From contig DATLOL010000168.1 of NCBI GenBank assembly GCA_035536275.1, positions 19,179-83,178 on the forward strand: a stretch of DNA of 64,000 nucleotides, read 5' to 3'. The translations under genes were made by a program, and so were the position numbers. The stretch comes from Thermoanaerobaculia bacterium. GTDB taxonomy: Bacteria > Acidobacteriota > Thermoanaerobaculia > Gp7-AA8. Positions 18,773 through 27,400 of the stretch are shown here, in pieces (position 1 is the first letter of the stretch; the number at the start of each line of letters is the position of its first letter). Below the pieces are notes generated by a model, which was given only the letters and a program-made list of their open reading frames with translations, did not search any database and was not told where the DNA came from.

Positions 18773-20128
18773 GTGACGCAACGCTCGCTCGAAGTCCTCA
18801 ACGAAGTCGCCCGCATCGCCACGCTCGATCTCGAGCTGCGCCCGATGCTTCAGCGAATCACCGATGCGCTGGCCGCGAAATTCGGGTGGGAGTTCGTCGC
18901 ACTGGTGTCCATCGACGACGACCGCTTCGTCTGCGAGGCGCTGACGACGTCGAGCGATACCGCCGTCCACGTCGGCTACAGCCGTGCCCTCGGTAGCGGC
19001 GTCGTGGGCGAGGTCGCGGCCACCGGCCGCTCCGTGCTCATCGACGACGTGACCACGCATCCGAACTACGTCGAGACGATGCCCGGCGCACGCTCCGAGC
19101 TCTGCGTGCCCGTCACCCATCACGGCCGCATCGTGGCCGTCCTCAATCTGGAGAGCACGCGGACCGCCGCGTTCTGTGGACAACTGCCGCTCCTCCGGAC
19201 CGTCGCCGATCAGATCGCCGGTGCGATCGCCAGCGCGCAGATGTACGACGAGCTGCGGCAGCGTGCGCGCCTGATGCAGATGATGAGCGAAGTCTCACGC
19301 ACGGCCCTCGAGGCAACCGATCTCGCGGAGCTGCTCGACCGCATCGTGCGCTACATCGAAGAGCGCTTCCCGCTGCGCCGCGCGGCCATCCTCCTCGGCG
19401 ATTCCGGCGCGGCGCACACGCCGCTTTCGCTCACGATCCCGATCCGTTCCCGTGGGGAGGTCCTCGGCGTGCTGCAGCTCGAGAGCGAAACGCCGGACGT
19501 CTTCACGCCCGCGACCGTGCTCGCGCTCGAGGCCTTCGCCGATCAGGTGGGCGGCGCGATCCGGCTCGCGTCGCTGACCGCGCAGCTCGAGGCGAAGACC
19601 CACGCCCTCGGCGATGCGAACGAGCATCTCGCACGCGCCATCGAGACGCTGCATCTCATCTCGACCCAGGACGGACTCACCGGCGTACCGAATCGTAGGC
19701 ATTTCGATGAAACGCTGTCGCGCGAGTGGCGGCGGGCCGCGCGGTCGCAGCGGCCGCTGTCGATGCTCATGCTCGACATCGACTACTTCAAGCGCTTCAA
19801 CGACACGGCCGGACATCAGGCCGGCGACGATTGCCTGCGCCTCGTCGCGCAGGCGCTTGCCGATTCGCTGCACCGCGCCGGCGACGTCGTCGCGCGCTAC
19901 GGCGGCGAAGAGTTCGCGGTGCTGCTGCCGGAGACCAATGGCGCGGACGCGAGGCAGCTCGCGGAGGGATTGCGCGAGCGCGTTGCGGCGACGGGAAACA
20001 TCACGGTGAGCATCGGCGTCGGGAGCGTCGTGCCACCGCGCGATGCCAGCGGTTGCGAGCTGCTCGTGCGCGCCGCCGATGAGGCGTTGTACGAGGCCAA
20101 GCGCCTCGGCCGCAACCGCGTGGTCTAG
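18773..20128 (+). CDS. Diguanylate cyclase, GAF-GAF-GGDEF
   Basis: RSELCVP......IVAVLNLES (GAF), DGLTG.PNRR.F and RAGDVVARYGGEEF. The GGEEF active site has an RxxD I-site 5 residues upstream. GTG start. Confidence 0.9.
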   Translation: MTQRSLEVLNEVARIATLDLELRPMLQRITDALAAKFGWEFVALVSIDDDRFVCEALTTSSDTAVHVGYSRALGSGVVGEVAATGRSVLIDDVTTHPNYVETMPGARSELCVPVTHHGRIVAVLNLESTRTAAFCGQLPLLRTVADQIAGAIASAQMYDELRQRARLMQMMSEVSRTALEATDLAELLDRIVRYIEERFPLRRAAILLGDSGAAHTPLSLTIPIRSRGEVLGVLQLESETPDVFTPATVLALEAFADQVGGAIRLASLTAQLEAKTHALGDANEHLARAIETLHLISTQDGLTGVPNRRHFDETLSREWRRAARSQRPLSMLMLDIDYFKRFNDTAGHQAGDDCLRLVAQALADSLHRAGDVVARYGGEEFAVLLPETNGADARQLAEGLRERVAATGNITVSIGVGSVVPPRDASGCELLVRAADEALYEAKRLGRNRVV

Positions 20129-20162
20129 CCCGTCCCCTGGGGAGAGGGGACTGGGGCGGCGG

Positions 20163-20855
20163 CTACTTTCTTCGCCGCTGCCGCCCGTCCGACGCTCGCG
20201 CGACGTCCGCCGGCGGCACGATCTCCACGCCCTGCTCGCCGCGCCGTCCGGCACCGCCGCGGCGCGCTTTCTCCAGCGTCATCAGGAATCCGAACGCCGG
20301 ATCCTTGAACTGCAGGTGCCGCAGCATGTGCCAGTGCCGGCGCACGTACGTTTGCAGGAACTGCAACACGTGGCCGAGGGAGATGATGCGGCAGGGAGGA
20401 ACCTGCTCGCCGGGAGGGAAGGACCCGAAGGCGATCAGGCGCACCGAGTACGACGGCGGGATCTCCGCGGCGCCCGTGTGCAGGAGTTGCTGGACGACCC
20501 GGTCCGTGTCGCCCACTTCACCGAAGCGGTTGATCACCGTGCGCAGCACTTCCGGATCGCGGATGCCGCTGTTGATACCGACCCGCCCCTCCTTCACCTC
20601 GCCGATGATCATGTCGATCTGGCCGGGGGGGATGGCCAGCCCGTCGTCGAGGCCGGAGAGGTCGAGGCCTTTCGGCGCCTTGCGCGCCTTCTGCGCCAGC
20701 GGCTCGCCGGACGGAAACCGGAACGCCAGGATGTCGATGTCCGTGATCGTGCGGAACCCGTTACGCCCGGCGCCGGCGATGATCGGATACTCGGCGGAAG
20801 TGAAATAGCCGTTCAGCTGGAGGTACGCCTGAACGAGGGCGACGGCGTGGTCCAT
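20163..20855 (-). CDS. Hypothetical protein with PD-(D/E)xK nuclease-like motif; last gene of the GAF-kinase/REC/CHAT operon
   Basis: Good GC3 bias. The N-terminal alpha-beta pattern carries AEYPI ... TDIDILAF ... MIIGEVKEG (E / D / ExK spacing). It lies 60 nt downstream of the CHAT gene on the same strand. The fold call is inference. Confidence 0.6.
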   Translation of the reverse strand: MDHAVALVQAYLQLNGYFTSAEYPIIAGAGRNGFRTITDIDILAFRFPSGEPLAQKARKAPKGLDLSGLDDGLAIPPGQIDMIIGEVKEGRVGINSGIRDPEVLRTVINRFGEVGDTDRVVQQLLHTGAAEIPPSYSVRLIAFGSFPPGEQVPPCRIISLGHVLQFLQTYVRRHWHMLRHLQFKDPAFGFLMTLEKARRGGAGRRGEQGVEIVPPADVARASDGRQRRRK

Positions 20856-20915
20856 TGCTGCACATGTTAGCGTGCAGTTTGCGGTTTGCGTTCTACGGAA
20901 ATGCGTATGCCGTCG

Positions 20916-22454
20916 TCAAGGCTCGGTCTGGCAGACCATCACCGCTGACGCCCACAATGGCTTCTGCCGCCCACCGGCATGGTCCGCGGCGGCGCGGCGG
21001 CTACGGAGCAGCGCCATCCCCGGCGACAACGACGCGAACAGCTCCTTGTAGAACGTCTGCGCGAACGTGCGCGCGCCGAGGTCGCTCACATTCCAGCGAT
21101 AGCCGATCGTGATCGGAACGTCGCCACGGACGACCCCGTCGAGCGTTCCGTGAAAGTCGCCCTTGCCCACCTGTTGCGCCGTTGCCGCACTGACGCAGCA
21201 ACTGAAGAACGCCAGCCGCAGGTCGCTGCCGCCCACCAGCAGTTTCAGTTGCGCCGCCGTCAGTGACCGTGTGCGCGCGCCCGTGGTGAGCACGATCCCG
21301 CTGCTCTCCGGCGAATGCTTGTCGTACTCTCCGTGCCCGGCGTAATGCACGATGTGATAGCGGCCGCTCTGCAGCAGCTTCCTGCAGTTCTCGTATGTCG
21401 CATCCTTGCCGCGCACGTCGTGGATCAGCGGCTCGATGCCGAGCGCTTTGAGCGCGTTCTCGAGATGCGAGCGCACCTCGGCCAGCTCGCGATCGACGTG
21501 AGGGATCTTCCCGTCCGTGTTCGCCGCGATCAGCAGAACGCGAAGGGGCTGCCTCGTCTGCGCGAGCGTGGCCACGAATTCGTGGAACGGCTCGCCCTTC
21601 TGCGTCGGCCGCAGGCCGTCCGTGGCCAGACGCCGCACGATGATCTGTTCGAAGCACAGGTAGTCGCTCCCGTCGGTGAGCAGCTCGAACGGAACGCCGA
21701 GGGCGGGAGCGTTGCCCGTGAACTGGATGACGGTGGGATCCTGTCTCGACGTGAAGTCGCCTCCGCGAATCAGCACCTCCGCGAGATTCGGCTGCTTCAT
21801 GAGGGTCTGATAGAGCTCGCGGCCGATCGTCCGGGCCTCGTCCGGCCAGACCCGGCTCGTGCCTTTCTCGATTCGCAGGTTCAGGGCGTCGGCTCGCGCG
21901 GCGAATCCCGCCCCATCGAAGGCCGCGTCCAGATAGTAGGAGCCCTTCCGCACCGGTCCCGTGAGCTCGGCCGAGACGAAGCGGTCGTTGCTCATCGAGA
22001 TCGTGACGCCGCAACGCCTGCGCACCCGACGCTCCGCCGTCCGCACGAGTGACGCAAGAATCGCCTTGCGCGCCCGAGCGACGAATGCCTCGCGCGGGAA
22101 TCCGGTCTTGTCGAAAAACGCATCGACCGAATACTCGTCGAACGCCTCCATCACGTGCTTCATGTCCGCGTGCACGCTCACGACGAACAGCGCCGGATCG
22201 ACGGAGGCCTGCTCCGACCGCAGCCGTTGCAAGATTTCGAATCCGCCGCGATTGATGACGGCGCTCGGCGTGACGATGGCGACCAGCGAGATATCGACGG
22301 TGACGAGGTCGTACTCGTGCAGAAGGAGCGCCTTCCACGCCTCGTCCACACTGGACGCCGTCTGAATCTCCAGTCCCGGGATCGCCGCCAGAGAAAGAGA
22401 GAGGATCTCACGCCACTCGGAGGCGTCGTCGATCACCAGCGCGGACAGGCTCAC
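20916..22454 (-). CDS. Response-regulator receiver fused to CHAT (caspase-fold) protease domain
   Basis: REC: ALVIDDASEWREILSLSLA ... LVTVDISL. CHAT: LGVPFELL, LRVLLIAAN, IVHYAGHG (catalytic His position) and LAFFSCCVSA (catalytic Cys position). The GTG start shares GTGA with the upstream stop. Confidence 0.85.
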   Translation of the reverse strand: MSLSALVIDDASEWREILSLSLAAIPGLEIQTASSVDEAWKALLLHEYDLVTVDISLVAIVTPSAVINRGGFEILQRLRSEQASVDPALFVVSVHADMKHVMEAFDEYSVDAFFDKTGFPREAFVARARKAILASLVRTAERRVRRRCGVTISMSNDRFVSAELTGPVRKGSYYLDAAFDGAGFAARADALNLRIEKGTSRVWPDEARTIGRELYQTLMKQPNLAEVLIRGGDFTSRQDPTVIQFTGNAPALGVPFELLTDGSDYLCFEQIIVRRLATDGLRPTQKGEPFHEFVATLAQTRQPLRVLLIAANTDGKIPHVDRELAEVRSHLENALKALGIEPLIHDVRGKDATYENCRKLLQSGRYHIVHYAGHGEYDKHSPESSGIVLTTGARTRSLTAAQLKLLVGGSDLRLAFFSCCVSAATAQQVGKGDFHGTLDGVVRGDVPITIGYRWNVSDLGARTFAQTFYKELFASLSPGMALLRSRRAAADHAGGRQKPLWASAVMVCQTEP

Positions 22455-24061
22455 AAGCCCAGGCGCTCCGCGGACATTGCGGCCGACAGCAGGCCGTGCT
22501 CGCGCTGTACGGCGCCGAGGTGCATGAAGCGAATGAGGTTGAGTCCGTAGAACATCGTCGCGACGTCGAAATCGGGCAGCTCCGAGAAGTTCCGCTTCTG
22601 CGTCACCCGCGCGGCGAGCGATCGGATCACCAGCGATGCATTGAATGCCTTGCGCACGGCGGGGTTCTCACTGGTGAAATCGCTGCGCAGGTTGTCGTTC
22701 TCGTCGAGCTCGCGCGCCGCGGCGACTGCCAGCTCCATCTCCTCCCGCTCCGCCAGCGTCGCCTCGGACGGCCCCAGAAGCGTCACCCGGATGGCCGTAT
22801 CCATCAATGCGAAATCGCGGAGGACGTGCGCCGGTCCGGTGTTGAGAAAATCGATCAGCCAGCAGTTACTGCCCTGATCGACGAGGACGTTGCTCTCATT
22901 CAGGTCGCCATGCGTCAGACACTCGTGCGTCGAATAGACCATCTGTTCATCGCCGACGGCCGGAATCGGATTCCGCAGCTTGCGCACGGGATTCAGCGAA
23001 TTGAAGTGCAGCGTCTTCGTCCCCTGCACATTCCCCAGTTTCTGCAGCGCCTCAGTGAGACCGCCGACGTCACAACCGAGCCGCTCGCGGTATTCGCGGC
23101 CGAGGTTACGTGGGCGAGGTTGACGGCGATTGTCGTACCAGCCTTTACAGGTTTCGAGGAACAGGCGCCGCAGCGCCATGCGGATCTCCGCGTCCGACGA
23201 CTTCCGGTAGAACGTTTTGAAATCGTCGAACTCATTGTTCCCCAGGAGCGAGTAGCACGTTGCTCCCAGTCGCCACGTGTGCGCACTCCGGTAAATGGAC
23301 GTGATCCGGCCGCCCTGCAGGAACGGCTGCACATAGTCGGCGAAGTTCTTGTTTTCCTGTTCGATGTCGTTGACGTCGCCGAACTTGAGGACCACCGGCG
23401 CTCCACCGCCTCCGGTCTTGAGAAACGGCTGCACCTTGGCGACGCCGGCACCGCTCCGGCCAGGGCTCATCGGCGTAATGACGATGCGCTCCGCGTTGTA
23501 GAACGTCCGCGCCAGCAGGTCCTCGAATTCCTCCGAGATGAGGGCGAACTGCTCGCTGTTCTTTTTGATTCTGTCCCGGCCGACTTTCAGGTTATGCAGA
23601 ATCTCCAGGCCGCTGGCGTCGACATTGGCCGCGTGCTGCCAGTCCACCTGCAGGTCGAGATTGATCGGAACGGACCTGGCGAGCAGCTCGCGGGCCGTCT
23701 CTGTGAACGCGCGATGATTGAAGGTCTGCTTCTCGATCAGAGTCGTCGTGGGCCGTCCGGCCAGCGCGGCGACGGTCCGGTCGACGTTCGCATAGCCGGA
23801 AACGACGATGACGGCCGCGGCGTCGATGCGCACGGTCTTGTAGAGGTCCAGCAGGAGATCCAGTCCGTCGCTGTCCCACCCGCGGTGCAGGCTGATGTCG
23901 AAAACGAGGAGGTGATAGCTGTTGCGGTCCAGGCGCTCGCGGAATTCTTCCGGCGTCGCGGTGACGTCGACCTGGGCGCCCAGTTGGGCGAGGCTCAGGC
24001 TCAGTAGTTCGCGCCACTCCGGGTTGTCGTCGAGGACCAGCGCGCGGTAGTTACGGATCAC
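22451..24061 (-). CDS. Response-regulator receiver fused to APH/eukaryotic-like protein-kinase-fold domain
   Basis: REC: ALVLDDNPEWRELLSLSLA ... LLVFDISL. Kinase fold: G-loop GRSGAGV, VVLKFG (Lys), EQEN (alphaC Glu), HGDLNESNVLVD (catalytic loop) and WLIDF (DFG-Asp equivalent). I place the start at GTG 24061, a GTGA overlap. The upstream part of the 659-aa ORF overlaps the preceding gene out of frame. Confidence 0.8.
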   Translation of the reverse strand: MIRNYRALVLDDNPEWRELLSLSLAQLGAQVDVTATPEEFRERLDRNSYHLLVFDISLHRGWDSDGLDLLLDLYKTVRIDAAAVIVVSGYANVDRTVAALAGRPTTTLIEKQTFNHRAFTETARELLARSVPINLDLQVDWQHAANVDASGLEILHNLKVGRDRIKKNSEQFALISEEFEDLLARTFYNAERIVITPMSPGRSGAGVAKVQPFLKTGGGGAPVVLKFGDVNDIEQENKNFADYVQPFLQGGRITSIYRSAHTWRLGATCYSLLGNNEFDDFKTFYRKSSDAEIRMALRRLFLETCKGWYDNRRQPRPRNLGREYRERLGCDVGGLTEALQKLGNVQGTKTLHFNSLNPVRKLRNPIPAVGDEQMVYSTHECLTHGDLNESNVLVDQGSNCWLIDFLNTGPAHVLRDFALMDTAIRVTLLGPSEATLAEREEMELAVAAARELDENDNLRSDFTSENPAVRKAFNASLVIRSLAARVTQKRNFSELPDFDVATMFYGLNLIRFMHLGAVQREHGLLSAAMSAERLGL

Positions 24062-24477
24062 GCCGGCTGGCTCCAGATCGCACGGCGCGCCCGCTGTTTG
24101 CACGACGACTGATTCGCCGCCTCCACGGTGCGCAGGAGAGACGCCGGCGCTCCATAACGTTCGGCGACGCATGTCGCCCCTAACGCAAAGATTCTGCACA
24201 CTGTCGCGACGTCGGCACCGCCGGGCGCGACCACGACCGGTAACGCGCGGCTCACCAGGCGGCGGATCTCGTCGACCGCGGTCTCGGAAACAGATCCGCA
24301 ACCGTAGATGATCACGTCCGGGGCTGGCGTCTCGGCCGCGAGGCCCTGCAGCAGACTGTCCGCGGAAGGAAAACAGCGCGCCGTGTGGCCGGACTGCGCG
24401 AACACGCACCGAGCGGAGTCGCCCCACCATTGAGCGGTGTCAGTGAGCCAGATCAGAAGCGTCGCGCCGGTTGCCAT
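24058..24477 (-). CDS. Small receiver-like (possibly pseudo-receiver) protein
   Basis: 139-aa ORF with an alternating beta/alpha pattern: TLLIWLTD ... DVIIYGCGS ... LPVVVAPGG ... There is no Asp at the expected phospho-acceptor position. It is sandwiched with overlaps between the HK and the REC-kinase genes. Confidence 0.5.
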   Translation of the reverse strand: MATGATLLIWLTDTAQWWGDSARCVFAQSGHTARCFPSADSLLQGLAAETPAPDVIIYGCGSVSETAVDEIRRLVSRALPVVVAPGGADVATVCRIFALGATCVAERYGAPASLLRTVEAANQSSCKQRARRAIWSQPA

Positions 24478-27400
24478 ACGTTACCTCCACTTCTGCGCGC
24501 GGAAGGGTGAGCACGAATCGCGCGCCGCGCTCGCTATCCGCCAATATCAGGTCGCCGCGATTGATGATCGCTTTGCTCCGGGCGCTGAACAGGCCCCAGC
24601 CGGAACTCTCTTTCGACGACACACCGAGCCGGAAAATGTGCGGACGCTCGCGGACGGGCACACCGGGGCCGTCGTCGGCGAACTCGATCTCGACCATGTG
24701 ACCGTTCGATCGCGCGCGCAGCCAGATTCGTCCGGATCCGTTCATCGCCGCGACAGCGTTGTCGGCGAGGTTCTGCAGAATCAGCCGGACGTCGTTGGCC
24801 GCCGCATAAATGCGGGGAGTATCGGGCGTGATTTCGTTGATGACCTCGTAGCCGAGCGGCGCGGCGAGCTTGTCGATGTCGTTGACGATGTCCGCGAGCG
24901 AAAACGGCGCAGGATCGCTGGACGTCACCGCCTTCACATTGTCGCGGAGCTGCTGGCCGAAGGCGATCACGCGCGACACGGACGTCGTGACGGCCTTGAG
25001 GTGCGCTTCCGCCGCGAGGCGGTCCCCTCGGTCGAGGTCCATACGCGCAAAGTCGATGCGCGAATCGACGCCGCCCAGGCCTTCGCCGAGGCGATGGGCG
25101 AGATCGAGTGCGGCATCGCCCATCGACACCATGATCGCGGCGTTCTTGTTCCGCTCCAGCAGCTCCGTCTCGCGCTCGGCGCTGTCCATGCGCTGCAGCG
25201 TCACGGCGAGGAGCCGGGCCAGGCCGCGGATCAGTTTCCGGTCCGGTTCCGCGAAATAGCGCGGACGCGGATGACTCATGCCGATGCTGCCGTAGATCGT
25301 GTTGTTGATGAAGACCGGCGCGACCATGAGGGAGCGCGAGCTCTTGTCGGATAGGGAGATCGGACCATACTCGTAGGGCGGATACTGCAGGTCCTCGATC
25401 ATGACGTCCTCCCAGCGGTCCTTGAACACCTGGGCATAGACGCTGTCGGTAATCGGGATCGACGGGAACGGCTCCGCGCCCTCCCCGGCTTTCGCCACCA
25501 GGCGGAACTCGTTCGCCGCAAAGTCATAGGCGCGTACGACCGCGAAACAGGAACACTGCTCGGCCGCCTCGCGCACGACGATGGAAGACGCCTCGAGCCG
25601 CTGGCTGCCGCTGAGTGCACTGAGCGCCTCGCCCGCGTCGAGCAGGGCGTTGAAGCGCTGGAGCTCGCGGCGGGCCAGATTCTGGCTGCTGGTGATCTCC
25701 ATCGCCAGCACGGCCTCGTCGGCGAACAATTGGAGGAGCTCCTTGTCGTCGTCGTCGAATGCGTTGAAATCCGTGCTTTCGACGTTCAGAACACCGATCA
25801 GTTTGCGCTCGTGTCCCACGAGAGGCACCGCGACTTCGCTGTGAATCCCCGGCTTGCCCTGATACCACTCGTCCTTGTAGGCGTCACCGAGTGCGCGATA
25901 GCCCTCCTTGTCGCGCGCGACCTTGGCCATGATGCCGCGCTTGAGATCTGCGGGGCGGGCCTTGACGAGATCGATCTCCGTAATCGGGGTCGCGAGGCCG
26001 CTCTCTTCACGATTGCAGTAGAGCGTGCGGACCAGTTCCTCGTTGCTGTCGTGGAGATCGAGATCGGAGCGCGTGGCCCGGGTCAGTTCCAGAGCCGACC
26101 GCACGACCGCGCGCAGAACGTCGTTCGGGTCCTTCGCTTCGGCGATCGTCTTCTGCGACAGCTCGAGCAGGGTCCGCATCTGGCGGCGGCGCTCGGTGGC
26201 CTCGTGATAGCGGTCCGAGCTCTGGAACGCCATTGCGGCCGCGGAGGCAATGGCCCTCACGACGCGCTGCGTGCCATCGTCGAAGGTTGTTTCGCCATGT
26301 CCGGCGAGCAGCAACACGCCCCACAGCGACGTTCCGTCGTGCATCGGCGCGATCAGGACGGACGGGAAGTCGGCGAGAAAGTCGCGCTCCTCGTCCGTCG
26401 TGGCCACGCTCTTCCGCGGATTGACGGCGATGGTCATCCGGCTGCGCGCCGACTGGCCGCCGATCAGCCCTCGGTTCCGCTTCAGGCGCGGGAGCTGGTC
26501 GACATGCGGAAAGCCGTGACTGATCTTGGCCTCGAGCTCGTCGCTCTCGTCGTCATACAGAAAGATGATCCCGGCCTCGACCCGCGCGGCATCTTTTGCG
26601 TGAGTGAGCGTCTGTTCGAGGATCTCCTCGCGTTGCAGTTTTCCGACGACGGCGGTCGTGAAGCCGATCAGCCGCTGATGCTCGTGCGCACGGCGCATCG
26701 CGTCTTCGTAGGCCTGCGCTTTCTTGACCGCGATCACGACCTGTCCGGCGAGGGTGTCCACGAACTCCGCGTGCTCGGCATTGAAATGCCGAGGATCGGA
26801 GCTCTCGAAATTGAGGACGCCGATGACGCTTTCGTTGTCGATCAGCGGGTGATCGAGCTCCGACTCCATGCCGTCGCCCGTATCGATGAACAGCGTGCTC
26901 CAGAACGGGTCGTTCCGAACGTTGTTCGCGACCGCGGGTTGGCCCTGGCGGAAGGCCCAGGCACTGATCCCTTTCGGCGAGTCGACGTTCAGCGGGCGAT
27001 TGATCTCGTGCGGCGTTTTGCCGACCGACGTCGCCACGCGCAGCTTGCCGTCGACCAGGAGCAGCAGCGACGCCCGATCCGCTTTCACGATGTCGTTGGC
27101 ACCGCTGACGATCGCGTGTAGGACGTCGCTCAGCGAACGGCTCTGGTTGAGTTGCTGATCGATCAGGCGAATCGCGGCCAGCTTGCGGCTGTGCTGTTCG
27201 CCGCGCTTCGAATACAGGCGCGCGTTGTTGATGGCGATCGCGCTGAACACGCTCAACCCGCGGATCACCCGCGTCTGCGGACCGGCGAACGTCTGCGGCT
27301 GACGGTAATTGAGATAAAGCGCGCCGACGGTCACGCCCGCGATGCGAAGAGGAACGGCGACCGCGGACGCCACCTGCTCTCGCTTCTGGAACAGGCTCTC

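Noticed and set aside
20129-20162. Short hairpin (gtcccct / aggggac) between the convergent GGDEF and nuclease-like genes, considered as a bidirectional terminator.
   Set aside because: It has only a 7-bp stem and no flanking T/A tract. It is plausible but too weak to annotate.
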